Notes: generated by a model not told the origin, from the letters alone. 64,000 nt of DNA from Piromyces finnis finn (GCA_002104945.1 MCFH01000101.1:8373-72372); one strand, 5' to 3'. Positions 13,467 through 28,248 are shown, counted from the first letter of the stretch. Program-made: numbers and translations.

Positions 13467-14034
13467 TGCTAAGTTTTTGGGTTTGGTTATGCGGCGGTCA
13501 GGTCAGAATGTTATTAATTATATAGCAAAATGTTTTTTAAGAAATTTAATTTAATAATAATATAGCACTTAAAACTCCCCAATAAGAAAAATTAATATTT
13601 GTTTTTAAAGTAACTTTTTATAAATTTTTATTTATTTTTTAATAATAATAATATATATTTAATAACTATATACTTAAGATTATATCTATAATCTTTACAA
13701 AGAATAAGAATCGAATTCAATTCATTCTGTATTATATCCTTTGTTAAGATTATTAAATTGATAAGAATAGCAATAAAGTATTACATGTGATATATTAATA
13801 ATATAATAATAAATTATAAAAGTGTTGTTTGTTTGTTTGTTTGTTTTTGGTTAAGGGTTATAGTGTATTAACATTAAATTTTTGAAGTCATAACCCTTTA
13901 CTGAATCAAATATCAAAAGGTGACTTTTAAAAGTATTTTAAAATAATTATTGAAATTATTTAATTATAACTTTTATGTTTAATTCATTATAGACATTATC
14001 TGAATTTGTTATAAATCCGGTTAATATCTTCACA
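13467..14034. mobile_element. Family-F solo LTR, TSD TTATA
   Basis: TGCTAAG...GGTTATGCGG...ATATCTTCACA; TTATA on both sides; homologous to 38680 and 41301. Confidence 0.88.
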
Positions 14035-14093
14035 TTATATTGTAGATAATAATTATTAATAAATATATAGTAATAATTATTATATAATATAAA

Positions 14094-14593
14094 TGTAAAA
14101 GATTTTATTATATATTAGTTAATAAGTTATTATTAAAAGTTAAATTAAGTTAGGTATTACCCCTCTATAAGAGTTGAGTTAATAACTAAATAAAGTTTTA
14201 TAAAAAATAATAAAAGAAAGAAAATAAATATTATACACTAAAATAAATATTAGTAAATAAATATTAATAGTAAATAATTTTTATTTAAATAATTTTTATA
14301 GTTATATCTTTTATTTATTAATTATAATTATTATACATTAATTATTATTATAGTTATTAATTTACTTTAATACTAACGCCAAAGTATTTTAGCGTTTGTT
14401 TACATTGAACTATTTAACTATACTAGTTTATTTTCTTTACCGCTTGATTGGGTAAAGCTAATAAACTTCCTATTTAAATAATAAACATTAATATATGGTT
14501 ATGCATAATTTTTAACCAATAAATGCTAACCAGAATATATGGTTTCAATTGAAATATTTGTGGGCAATTTTATGGCCACAAATATTTCTTATA
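14094..14593 (-). mobile_element. Family-D solo LTR, TSD ATAAA, 13 bp upstream of tRNA-Val
   Basis: Homologous to LTR 62317-62808; ATAAA at 14089-14093 and 14594-14598. Confidence 0.9.
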
Positions 14594-14606
14594 ATAAACA
14601 GTCAAT

Positions 14607-14679
14607 ATCCAAATAGTGTAGTGGTTATCACGTTTCCTTTACACGGAAAAGGTCCCCGGTTCGAACCCGGGTTTGGGTA
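14607..14679 (+). tRNA. tRNA-Val(TAC)
   Basis: ATCCAAA/TTTGGGT acceptor, TTTCC-TT-TAC-AC-GGAAA anticodon arm, TTCGAAC T loop. Confidence 0.95.
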
Positions 14680-15781
14680 ATGATAAATATTATTTTAATG
14701 AAATATATTTTGATATGAATTTTAAAAATTGCATAAGGATAATATTTAAAGCTGACATACATCCCAAGCTGAATTTTTTTTTTTTTTCTTTATACTTTTA
14801 TTTAATAATTTTAATTTAAAATATTTCTAAATTTATTTATTTATTTATATACTATTTAAATAAATAAGTATACTTATTAGAATTTAAATTTTATCATAAC
14901 TACAACAACAACTATTATTATTATGATTATGATTATTATTATTATTATTATTATGATTATTATTATTATTATTATTATTATTATGATTATGATTATTATT
15001 ATTATGATTATTATTATATGATTATTATTATTATTATTAATATATATTAATATATATAAAATATATAAAATTCTTGATAAATGTTTAAATAATATTTTAA
15101 TATTTTTTTTTCAATTAGTATAAATTGAATTTTGATTTTTAATGATTTTATATATAGATTATTAATATTTAATATTTCATAATTTATTACTAAACATAAC
15201 AACTGGAATAATACTATAAAAATACTCTATATATTTTAAATTTTTCAAATATTTGCTTACAAATTAATAAATAATTATTATAATCTATAAATTTTCACTA
15301 ATTAAAAATTTTATATTTTATTTACATAATAGCTTTAGATTTGATTTTGATTAACTTTATGAACTTTTATTATCTTTATACTTATATCATCTTAATTGTA
15401 TTTTATTATAAAAGCATAGCTAATATAATATATCTTTTTAATGATTACAAGATATGTTTCATAGCATATAATAAAGTTTTTAAAATGCTAATTTTATTAA
15501 AGTTTGAATACATGTTTAAAACTTTTTTATTACCAAAAAGATTTGCTTGAAAATATTATATATTTAACATATAACTTTAAAAAGACTTTATAAGATTGAA
15601 TATTCTTAAAAATAATAAAAAAATATTTATAATTTGTAAATAATATAATGATACTTTTAAAAAATCCTTTTATTCTTTTAGTAGAATTAATATAATATAA
15701 ATTTTTAGTATTTAATATTAGATTTTTAGTAATTACAAAAGTTATTTAAAGAAATATCTCAAATTTTAAATTTCATCTTAT

Positions 15782-16060
15782 AAAAATAAAATAAAATAAA
15801 ATAAAATAAAATAAAATAAAATAAAATAAAATAAAATAAAATAAAATAAAATAAAATAAAATAAAATAAAATAAAATAAAATAAAATAAAATAAAATAAA
15901 ATAAAATAAAATAAAATAAAATAAAATAAAATAAAATAAAATAAAATAAAATAAAATAAAATAAAATAAAATAAAATAAAATAAAATAAAATAAAATAAA
16001 ATAAAATAAAATAAAATAAAATAAAATAAAATAAAATAAAATAAAATAAAATAAAATAAA
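15782..16060. repeat. (TAAAA)n microsatellite
   Basis: Perfect pentamer run. Confidence 0.96.
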
Positions 16061-16652
16061 GTAATGTTTAATAAATTTATTTCATACTAAGAAGTGAAAA
16101 ATATTAAGCTTTCTGTTAACTATACTTATTTTGATTTTTTTTAAAAAAAAATAAGCATTAACTCATTTTTATTGATTGATTTATTAATATATATAAAGTA
16201 TTCAAATAAGAATATATAAATTTATTAAGAATAATATTTATTATAATAAACCAAGTATTTATAAAAGCTAATTGTAAAAATAAAACTAAAAATGATCTAA
16301 TAAATACATCACTATCTGGAAATAAAAATAGAAATAATTATTTTAAGTTTGCATAATATTAAAAAATAAAACAAGTTTTATATATTTATAGTTTTTTTTT
16401 TTTTTTTTTTTATAATATACTAATATACTAACCACTTATTTTAGTAATTGATTTCCTTTTAAATTTAAATCATTTAAATCATATTCATTAATATTTATTA
16501 ATAAAATATTTTATGTAAAATTTCACAAAAATATGTTTAAATTGCATAAGTTATAACATAATCAATCTTCTTGATTTTATATACTAAGTTAATATTATTT
16601 TTTTTTTTTTTTTCTCCACCTCCAAATAGTATTTCAAAATATTAAAAATATA

Positions 16653-16724
16653 TAGCAGCGGTATGTTTCGATCATACGACCTGTGGGTTATGAGCCCACC
16701 ACGCTTCCACTGCGCTACGCTGCT
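16653..16724 (-). tRNA. Initiator tRNA-Met(CAT)
   Basis: A1:U72 pair (AGCAGCG/CGCTGCT), GGG/CCC anticodon stem, ATCGAAA T loop. Confidence 0.96.
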
Positions 16725-16736
16725 CTTAACTGCTTT

Positions 16737-17231
16737 TGTAAAAGGTTTTTTATATTATTAGTTAATAGGTTACTAATTAGTTAATTAAGTTAGTTATTAC
16801 CTCTCTATACGAGTTAATAACTAAATAAAGTTTTATAAAAAATAATAAAAGAAAGAAAATAAATATTATAACACTAAAATAAATATAAACACTTATATAA
16901 ATATTTTATGAAATAACTTTTACTTAAATAATTATATTTTAATTATATCTTTTATTTATTAATTATAATTATCTACATTAATTATTATTATAGCTATTAA
17001 TTTACTTTAATACTAACGCTAAAGTATTTAACGTTAGTTTTGACTATACTATTTAACTATATGAGTTTATTTTCTTTACCACTTGATTGGGTAAAGCAAA
17101 TAAACTTCCTATTTAATTAATAACCATTAATATATGGTTATGCATATATTTGGCCAATAAATGGTGACCAGAATATATGGTTTCAATTGAAATATTTGTG
17201 GGCAAACTTATGGCCACAAATATTTCTTACA
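16737..17231 (-). mobile_element. Family-D solo LTR, TSD GCTTT, 12 bp upstream of tRNA-iMet
   Basis: TGTAAAAGG...TTCTTACA; GCTTT at 16732-16736 and 17232-17236. Confidence 0.93.
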
Positions 17232-17241
17232 GCTTTGTCAA

Positions 17242-18041
17242 TGTAAGAAATAATAATTATTTGATACATAATTAATATTTCTTAGTTAAAATCATTAATT
17301 ATTAATCATTAATTAATGTTAATAATATTAGTTTATTTAAATAATTATTCTCATTTAAATTTATTTTAATTATTTATTTTCACTTAATTTTAATATCTTA
17401 AATTACATTTAGCCATTTAATTATACTATTCATTAATATTTTATTTAATATTTTTATTAATTATATTTATGCATTTAACTAATTAATTTAATTAATTACT
17501 TTTATTTAACTTTATATTTTTATCAAATATATTTAATTATTTATTTAATTAATTACTTTAAAATAATTATTCATTGTTTAGGAATCGATATTTTAAGGTT
17601 TTTTCCAATTTCTAAAATAATTGGTTTTACTTAAAATATACGATGATCAATATGTATAGAATGTTGATCGAACTTTGTTTAGGTTTTTCTTCTAATCTTT
17701 TCCTAAACAAAAAATTATTTTGTTAAGATTAGATAAAATTTTAATTTAAACTTTAAATTTATTAAATAATATAAATAAAGACTCTTGATTCCCTTCTAAG
17801 AAATCAAGAGTTATTATTATAAGAAACAAATTATAATAATAAAAGCGTTTTTAATTTTATTTTACTTAACTTAGTTATAATAAAACATATTAACTTATTA
17901 AAGTGTAAAATTATTTCTACTCTTATAATAAACTCGAACCTAAAGATAAGTATTAATATTTATTTTCTTTTTATTCTCAATTTATCAATAAATTGTAGTT
18001 AATAATTCTATTATATAATAATTTATAATGGAATTATTACA
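17242..18041 (+). mobile_element. Family-E solo LTR, TSD GTCAA
   Basis: TGTAAGAAAT...TTATTACA; GTCAA at 17237-17241 and 18042-18046; aligns with 61368-62306. Confidence 0.9.
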
Positions 18042-18095
18042 GTCAAAAGTTTATTATTGTAAAATATTGTATTAGTTAAATAATGTATTTAATCC

Positions 18096-18450
18096 TGTCA
18101 AGAATAGAAGACGATTAAAAAATAAATTAAATATTCAAATAAATAATTTAAAAATCAAAGTTATATTTCAAAAATTATAAAACACTTTTAAAAATAATTA
18201 AAAGATCACTTTGAAAAAATTTAATATTGAAAAGGGTTAAGGATCACAAAAATTTAATTTTCAATAAATTAACCTTTGAGAAAAAAATGCATTATACGAA
18301 ACTAGTGATAACTTCTGAATCTCGCGTCCTATTTTCATTTTCTAGAGACTTCAAATCAACTTTATTAGAAAGTACTAGTTGGGATCTATATTCTCACAAA
18401 TTTTCAGCTAATTTAGACCACTAGTTCTTGAGATATAGCTATTTAAAGAT
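18096..18450 (-). repeat. Family-K LTR (partial; right boundary unclear)
   Basis: TGTCAAGAATAGAA terminus; colinear with 24321 for about 350 bp. Confidence 0.72.
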
Positions 18451-19074
18451 TTATGTAAAATTTAATTTATTGATAAGATAAAGTTTTTTGATGATAAAAT
18501 AAAATTTTAAAATTAAATAATTTTTAACTAATAAATATTTGAGATAATAAAATTTTTTTTATAAACTAAGCCTCAAAATTAGAAATAAATAAGTTAAATT
18601 TATGTTTGAAATATAATCAACCACAAAGCAAATAAATCAAAACTTTATTTTAAGTTTAGAAAATTCTTTATTAAATAAATTGAATTTAAATAGTTTAATA
18701 CAAATAATTTCTTTTAATAAATGTATAAATGTAAACAATGTAAAATTATAATATTAAAACATGTATATTAGAATTAATTCAATTTATTTAAAAAAGTATA
18801 AATAAAGAAAATTTCTCAACTATTGAAACGATAGTTGGAAAATAGTAGTTGTTGATAATTAATTAATTAGTATTAATAATATTAGATTATTAATAAAGTT
18901 ATAATAAAACATTTTTTTTATTTTATTTAAAAAACCTGGTTACCTAGCGAAGGCTTTGGTCAAATAACCTTCGTGGTAAAGTAATCAGCAGTTGTCATAA
19001 ATTAGAGGAATAAAGTTATTTTATAAATAAAAAATTATTAAAAATTAAATTGGAAGTTTTTCTGTTGTTGTCTT

Positions 19075-19417
<343 letters not shown>

Positions 19418-19531
19418 TAAAAATAGAGTAGCACAGACCTAAATCCAATAATTTGATTTAAAGGTTAGATTTAAATTAAATATTTTACAATTATATTTTC
19501 TATAAGAGGAATAGATTTATATATTATTTTA

Positions 19532-20242
19532 CGCCATGAATAATAGTGGATTCATGATTATTTATTTAAATAATATAACGTTTTATTTGTTTAATTAATT
19601 AGGAATATTTTATTATAAAACAGTATTAAATAATATTTAAGAGATATTCTTATTTTATAATTATTAAAATTTTATATTTATTAATGCTTGAATTAATATC
19701 CCTTTGTCCATTTGATTATGAAGGAAATTAAAATTAAATTATAAAATAATCATTCCTTCTGCAAATGACTTATAATATGATTTTAAAATTATTAAATATA
19801 ACTCGAGTTTAATAGTCATATATAATTATATATAATTAATATATATTTAATTTATAGAATAGTTAATTAATATAAACAATTAATCATGTATTAAATATTA
19901 AATGTATTCCTTTAATATTAAAGATAGTATAAATACTCAAGAAAATTCCTATCATTAGGAATTTCGAGAGTTCATTAATCTAAATATTTAACCTAATAAT
20001 AATAATAATAATTAATAAATAAAAATTTTTCTTTAAATAAAAGTTTTTCTTTAAATAAAATTTTTCTTTAATAAATTTTATTAATAAATAAAGTTAATTA
20101 ATAAATAAAGTTAATTAATAAATTAATAATAAATTAATATTTATTTAAAATTTTATTTATCCATTCATTTCATTTATTTAATTAATTAACAATTTAGGGT
20201 AAAATAGTACGTTCCGACCCAACCGAAGTGAAAAACCTGTCA
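19532..20242 (+). mobile_element. Family-C solo LTR, TSD TTTTA
   Basis: CGCCATGAA (eroded TGTCATGAA)...CCTGTCA; TTTTA on both sides. Confidence 0.82.
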
Positions 20243-20247
20243 TTTTA

Positions 20248-21224
<977 letters not shown>

Positions 21225-22039
21225 TTTAATATAAAAAAATACTACAATAATAAATAAATAGCAACGTCTCATACAAGCTAATATTATAAATAATGTTTTT
21301 ATATTAAAATTTATAAAGAAATTAGTAATTATATAATGAATAAAACCATTTAGTTATATATAATAATAAATGTTTATTCGCTTTATTTCTCTTACTAATA
21401 TAAAGTATCTTTACCTATTTTAAATTAATTATTCTTTATTATGAATTATTTATTATGCTATTTTACTTTAATAATAACACTAAAGTATTAGCGTTTGTTC
21501 ACATGTTTTCTTTTATAATATTATTAATATGCATTATTGATTAATATTAAATAATATTATATACTATATAAATATTAAATTAAATATTTTTTTAAATATA
21601 AAATTAAATATTTTTTTAAATATAAAATTAAATATTTTTTTAAATATAAAATTAAATATTTTTTAAATATAAAATTAAATATTTTTTAAATATAAAATTG
21701 AATATTTTTTAAATATAAAATTAAATATTTTTTAAATATAAAATTGAATATTTTTTAAATATAAAATTAAATATTTTTTAAATATAAAATTGAATATTGT
21801 TTTAATATAAAATAGTTATTAGCATTTTATAATATTGTATATAATATTAAATTTTTATAATAAATTATAAATTATATCACATGAAATATTATATGATATA
21901 TATTTTGATATATGTTTCTTTTATGTTGTAGTAATTTAATGTATAGAGTTAGTATATATATGTTTTTTCTTAATCATTTATATATTTTTTATTTTTATTT
22001 TTTTTTAATTTATTTTTACTCCTTGAATAGTAATATGCT

Positions 22040-23830
22040 CTTAAAATTAACATTTCTTTCCAGATATTGTCCTGTAAGTTCATCTTGTAGTTTAGCTGTA
22101 TTCCAAGATATTCCTCTTATAATAAAAAGTCTGATAAAATAGGGTTCTAATCTATTTCTTCGTTAATTTCTAATCTTTATTTTATCCCTTATTTTATAGT
22201 TGTTTTTATTCATCATACTTTGCTGAGCTAATCTTCTACTTTTCCAATAATTTATTGTCTTTAACGTTTTACTGGCAGCTTGTTTTACTCATTTTAAAAA
22301 CATTTCCATTAATAATCCTTCTACTGATCTTTCTTTTATTATTAATATTGAATTTCTTATATTGATGTCAATTGGAATATTATCTGATCTTCCATGCAAT
22401 AGTTCAAAACTTGAATAACCAGTAGACACAGATTTACAAATTCGGATAGCCCATAATGCAATTGGTAGCAATACATCCCAGTTTTCATTATTATCAGTGA
22501 AATTTCTTAATTGCTTGCCAATTTTTCTGTTCCTATTTTCAATCAGTCCATTATATTCCGGATGGTATGTGCTAATAAAATGAATATATACGTCATATAG
22601 GTCTACAAATATTTTTGTATATTCAGAAACAAATTGAATGTAAAGATATCAAACGCCACAGATTGATATCTTTAATATAACTTAAGCCATAATCATTATT
22701 GTTTAAGTTACACGAATTATATTACAGAAAAAGAAAATGAGACATAATTTATTTATTAATAATTAAAGTTTAAAACAAAATAAATTATTAATTTATTTTT
22801 AATGTTTAACAAATAAATTAAAATTCTCAATTCAAACCCCTAGTTTTAGTATTGTTTTGTAATAGAAATAGATATATAGTATATAATTATTAAATGATTA
22901 ATATATCAATAATACATGGGCACATATTCAAATTGAATAGTACTTAATTTGAATTGCCAACTGTATTTTACTAAAAATAGTTATAGTTTAAATATTTATT
23001 AATAATTAAGATTTTAGGTGTAGATTTTAAATAATAATATATAAGAAATAAATAATTATAATATAGCATAAATGTATTTAGGAAAAATATAAATAGAAGA
23101 TATTTTTCATCATTTTATCGATGTATTGTTATTAATAAAATTTCTATTATAATAAAAGATATTTTTTAATAAAACAATTTTATTTCTTATTTTATTCATT
23201 TAGTGTTATTGTAATAGAATAGATATCCTAATCTATTCTTTTTGTGTTAGCATTACACTGTACATCATTATCTGACATTATTAATTGTGGAATTTCATGC
23301 TTGCTGAACACTTCAACTAAAAAATTGGTTACATCTTGAGAGGTAGTAGTTCTAACTGGTTTTTCTTCTACCCACTTTGTAAAATAATCTACGCGTATCA
23401 TTATATATTTGTTTCCAAGTGTAGTTTCTTTTGATGGACCTATAATACCAAAACCAAGTCTAACAAAAGGAGCTTTGACAGGTGTTCTAAATTTTTCCGT
23501 TGGTTTTGGTAGTAGTTTCAATTTGTTTAATTGATAGATTTTGCATAAGGAGACATATTTTTTTACATCAATAATTAAACTTTTTCAATAATATTTATTC
23601 TTGTTCCTTTCATATGTTTTTTGTACACCTTCGTGTTCTGTTCTATATTCCTTTGCAGTTATCTTGGTTTTTGTATAAGGATCGTCAATAATCTCTCAAA
23701 AATTATTATTATCTTTGAAATATAGTTTATTGTCAATAATGGCAATTTTATAATTTAAAAATTTTTTCATAAAATTGGAAACAACTTTTTCGTTTTCCCC
23801 CTCGTTAAAATTGGAACTATTGGTTTTATT
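22040..23830 (-). pseudogene. pol: Ty3/gypsy integrase fragment (element-1 lineage) split by a family-N LTR
   Basis: GFGIIGP, VDYFTKWVE, SDND, YHPEYNGLIENRN, LLPIALWAIR; many stops. Confidence 0.88.
22639..23257 (-). mobile_element. Family-N solo LTR (degenerate TSD)
   Basis: Near-identical to 6035-6789 without the microsatellite expansion; flanks TTGAA/CTGTA. Confidence 0.85.
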
Positions 23831-23850
23831 AGAGATATCAATATTGTCAA

Positions 23851-24150
<300 letters not shown>

Positions 24151-24320
24151 TTGTATAAATAAATGGAACAAAGAGTAACTTTAAAAGGTTCTTTATGAAA
24201 GGGTTCTAATAAATAATTTTTTTTCACACAGTAAAAATATAATAAAACAAATACATTAAATACTACAACTAAGAATTAATTTTGTATATAATTTTCTTAT
24301 TATATTTACAATATATTAAT

Positions 24321-25489
24321 TGTCAAGAATAGAAAACGATTAATAAATAAATTGAAATATTCAAACAATAATCTAAAAATCATCTTTATATTTCAAAAAT
24401 TATAAAATAATTAAAAGGACACTTTGGAGAAATTTAATATTGAAAAGGGTTAAGGATCACAAAAATTTAATCTTCAATACATTAATCCTTGAGTAAAAAA
24501 TACATTATATAAAACTAATGGTAACTTCGGAATCTCGCGTCCTATTTCCATTTTTCTATAAACGTTAAACTAACTATGTTAGAAAGTACGAGTCAAGATC
24601 AATATCCTCATGAATTTCCAGTTATTTTAGATCACTAGTTCTAAAGATATGACTATTTAAAGACCTAATTAGTACCAATTAATATATATTGAAATGATCA
24701 ATATTAATTTATATAATTAAAATCATTATTCAAGTCATCCAACTTTCTATAAATAATTTAATTTAAAAATTCTCCATTATTATTAAATAAGGTTAGATAA
24801 TAAGTATTCTTGATTACAAACCTAATCAATTATAAAAATTAATTAATAATTTCTCAAATAATTTTTGATTATTAACTTCAATCAAAACCAAACCAAAAAA
24901 CCTTTTGATCAAAAATCATTAGTAATAATTATTAATTAATTAATCATGAGAATACATAATTAGCATCAGCAATTGTTACTCTCAATTTATGATATTAAAT
25001 ATTTATAATTTAATATGTTTAAAATAATACTTTTTATTTAAAAGAAATCTAAAAGATTAATCTTAAGATCTATCATATGAATTCATATCAATATCAACTA
25101 TTAATATTTTAATTTAAAATTATTTTATTTTTATCTTTATTATTAATATCAATATTATATCAATGTAATTTTATTAATTGTAAGAAAAGTATTTAAACAA
25201 AAAATTGAAATCATTTTGAAATTTTTTGTAAGATTATTAATTATTAATTAGTATTTATTACAATATAACTTGATAAATATTATTTTAATTGACAAATGAT
25301 TAATAAATAAATTTTATAAATAATTTATATCAAATAAAAGAGTTTATATTAATTATAAGAAACCATTTAATTTTAAATTAGTATTGATTAGATTCTTTAA
25401 CCGTTTTAAAGAAATAGTTTAATAATAAACAAGTTTAATATTTTATTATTAAATTAAGTTATAATATAAAACATTCTAACCAAGTTGCG
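24321..25489 (-). mobile_element. Family-K LTR with adjacent PPT-like remnant
   Basis: Inverted homologue of 31282-32172; both are preceded on the sense strand by a similar purine-rich tract. Confidence 0.78.
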
Positions 25490-25744
25490 TACCACCCCAA
25501 GCCCACTTCACATTAATTCATGTTACGGATTTCACTTCAGTTAGGTCGGAATATACATATTTACCCTAAGTTTATTAATTTAATAAATAAATGAATAAAT
25601 AAATATTTTAAATAAATAACATTTTATTAATTAACTTTATTTATTAATAAATTTTTATTTAAAGAAAAATTTTTATTTATTAAATATTATTATAATTAGA
25701 GTAAATATTTATATTCCGACCTAACTGAAGTGAAATCCGTAACA

Positions 25745-25754
25745 ATGAACTCTC
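25745..25754 (+). promoter_or_regulatory. Self-priming PBS (family C)
   Basis: ATGAACTCTC directly after ...GTAACA is the exact reverse complement of GAGAGTTCAT in the LTR (26606-26615). Confidence 0.75.
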
Positions 25755-26180
25755 CACTCTACTACAAGACTTTGGGACTTCAAACTACTAGTTAGATCTT
25801 AAGGTTTTGTGGACTTCAAGTTGCCTTGGAATGTACAAATACATTTATTAAAGAAATAAACGCCACCTACGCCACATATGTTAACATATATTTTGGAAAA
25901 TTTTTTGAGAAATGAATTTGGTGGAATTTGAAATGGAATTATGAGATTTTTGAAATTTGAATGTTGGAGAAAGTTATTAATCTATCTTTGAATTAAGGAC
26001 TACTAAAATAAGTAATACTATTCTATCCTCTACTAAATGTAGAACTCCACATCCACATTGTGGATATAATTTTAAATTATACAAATTAAACTTAATGGTT
26101 GTCTCATGAAGATTTTATATATTTCATTATTAAATTAATTTATAAAAATTGCCTAGAATTCAATTTTTGTAGACGGGCAA

Positions 26181-26829
26181 TGTCATGAATATTAGTGGAT
26201 TCATGATTATTTATTTAATTAGTGTTCTATTCGTTTAATTAATTAGAAATATTTTATTATAAAACATAATTAAATAATATTTTAAGAGATATTAATTAAT
26301 TATAATTGTTAAGATTTTATATTTATTAAAATTAAAATTTGAATTAATATCTCTTTATTCATTTGATTAAGAAGGAAATTAAAACTAAATTATAAAATAA
26401 TCATTCCTTCTACAAATGATTGATAACATGACTTTTATAATTATTAAATTTAACACGAGTGAAAAGTCATATATAATTAATATATAATTAATTTATAGAA
26501 TAGTTAATTAATATAAATAATTAGTCATGTATTAAATTTAAAATGTATTCCTTAATATTAGAGATAGTATAAATACTCGAGAAAATTCCTATCATTAGGG
26601 ATTTCGAGAGTTCATTACATTTAATATTTACTCTAATTATAATAATATTTAATAAATAAAAATTTTTCTTTAAATAAAATTTTTTCTTTAAATAAAAATT
26701 TATTAATAAATAAAGTTAATTAATAAAATGTTATTTATTTAAAATATTTATTTATTCATTTATTTATTAAATTAATAAACTTAGGGTAAATATGTGTATT
26801 CCGACCTAACTGAAGTGAAATCGGTAACA
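26181..26829 (+). repeat. Family-C 3' LTR, 66 bp upstream of tRNA-Glu
   Basis: TGTCATGAAT...TCGGTAACA; homologous to 19532, 12770 and 48585. Confidence 0.88.
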
Positions 26830-26895
26830 ATACATTGTAGTTAAGAATTTGCATATATAATTAAAATTATATATTTAGATTACATATGAAGATTA

Positions 26896-26967
26896 TCCGC
26901 ATTGGTCCAGTGGCTAGGATTCCACGCTTTCACCGTGGCGGCCGGGGTTCGATTCCCCGATGCGGAA
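26896..26967 (+). tRNA. tRNA-Glu(TTC)
   Basis: TCCGCAT/ATGCGGA acceptor, CCACG-CT-TTC-AC-CGTGG anticodon arm. Confidence 0.96.
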
Positions 26968-26977
26968 ATCTTTAAAA

Positions 26978-27051
26978 GCTCGCGTAGCCTAATTGGATAG
27001 GGCGTCAGACTTCTAATCTGAAGATTGCGGGTTCGAGTCCCGCCGTGAGTG
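26978..27051 (+). tRNA. tRNA-Arg(TCT)
   Basis: GCTCGCG/CGTGAGT acceptor, TCAGA-CT-TCT-AA-TCTGA; 10 bp after tRNA-Glu. Confidence 0.96.
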
Positions 27052-27924
27052 AAAAAAAATTATTTTATAGAATATTCATTAAGATAAAATAGGTAGTTTT
27101 ATTTACTTATCATATCATATATGCATTACATTTCTTATTTTATAAATATATAATTCATTTATTCATTTGCCAAAATGAATTTTCTATATTATATTAACTT
27201 TAGAAGAATAAGTTATTAGGAATAGCAATTAAATAGTTAAATAACAAAAGGTTTTATTTTTTGTTTAATAATTTCTTTTTTATTTTAATATTTTAAATGA
27301 AATTTACGGTAGATTTGATTAATACTATAAGAGCATTATTATTAAATTTTATATAAATAATTAATCTTTTAAAAAGACGTAGGTTTCAATTCAACTTAAC
27401 TCAGCTCAACTATTATATATCTATCTATTATTTTTGAATTACTAAAGTTAAGTAATTTAAAATTTTATTCTAATTATTGGAGAGAATAATTTATAAAACT
27501 TATAAAAAGGGAAACTATTTTTGAATATTAAATCATTAAAGCATTAATAAAATTATAAAATACTGCATTTTATGAGTTTGTAGAGTGTATAGTTGATTTT
27601 AATATTTTAATATTAATATATATTATTCTACTATAGTTTAATTTATTATCAGCGTCAAATCCCAAAATATATTAACATGGTGTTTTTGTATTCTTAATGA
27701 GGTATAATTACTTCTTATTATGTGGAAATAATTCTATATAATTTTATACTCAAGGATTTATAATTTATGCCAAATTATAAAATTAAACTTAATGTTTTCT
27801 TGGAAATATCAAAGACTAGAATTATTTTCAAATATTCTTATTTCTTAAGACAAATAGATAATAGATGGAAGCATTTCTATTAAATGCTTTATAAATTCTA
27901 ATAGATATATCATATATATTATAC

Positions 27925-28248
27925 AAATTTAATATATAATACAATAATTACCATATTAAAATATAAGCTCTGCTATTAATTTAATATATAATACAATAAT
28001 TACCATATTAAAATATAAGCTCTGCTATTAATTTAATATATAATACAATAATTACCATATTAAAATATAAGCTCTGCTATTAATTTAATATATAATACAA
28101 TAATTACCATATTAAAATATAAGCTCTGCTATTAATTTAATATATAATACAATAATTACCATATTAAAATATAAGCTCTGCTATTAATTTAATATATAAT
28201 ACAATAATTACCATATTAAAATATAAGCTCTGCTATTAATTTAATATA
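27925..28248. repeat. 52-bp minisatellite, about 6 copies
   Basis: Unit AATTTAATATATAATACAATAATTACCATATTAAAATATAAGCTCTGCTATT. Confidence 0.93.

Larger units (their letters stand above)
25521..26829 (+). mobile_element. Putative non-autonomous family-C LTR element with fold-back 5' end
   Basis: Inverted LTR end + LTR end + self-priming PBS + about 430 bp non-coding interior + PPT-like AGACGGGCAA + full LTR; flanks ATTCA/ATACA. Confidence 0.72.

Noticed and set aside
15341-18424. Short AT-rich ORFs (15341, 18227; also 21912 and 54061) as host genes
   Set aside because: Composition matches the non-coding background, no motifs, and some lie inside LTRs or an element UTR
18930-19000. Small hairpin (CGAAGG...CCTTCG) as a possible ncRNA or tRNA remnant
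   Set aside because: No A/B boxes or cloverleaf; too short to support a call
25521-25744. Standalone MITE with 35-bp TIRs
   Set aside because: Entirely derived from the family-C LTR end and followed by that family's PBS; reported instead as a fold-back LTR structure
27925-28248. Regular repeats (also 11131-11419 and 42922-43321) as possible CRISPR arrays
   Set aside because: Head-to-tail tandem units with no unique spacers, no cas genes, eukaryotic context
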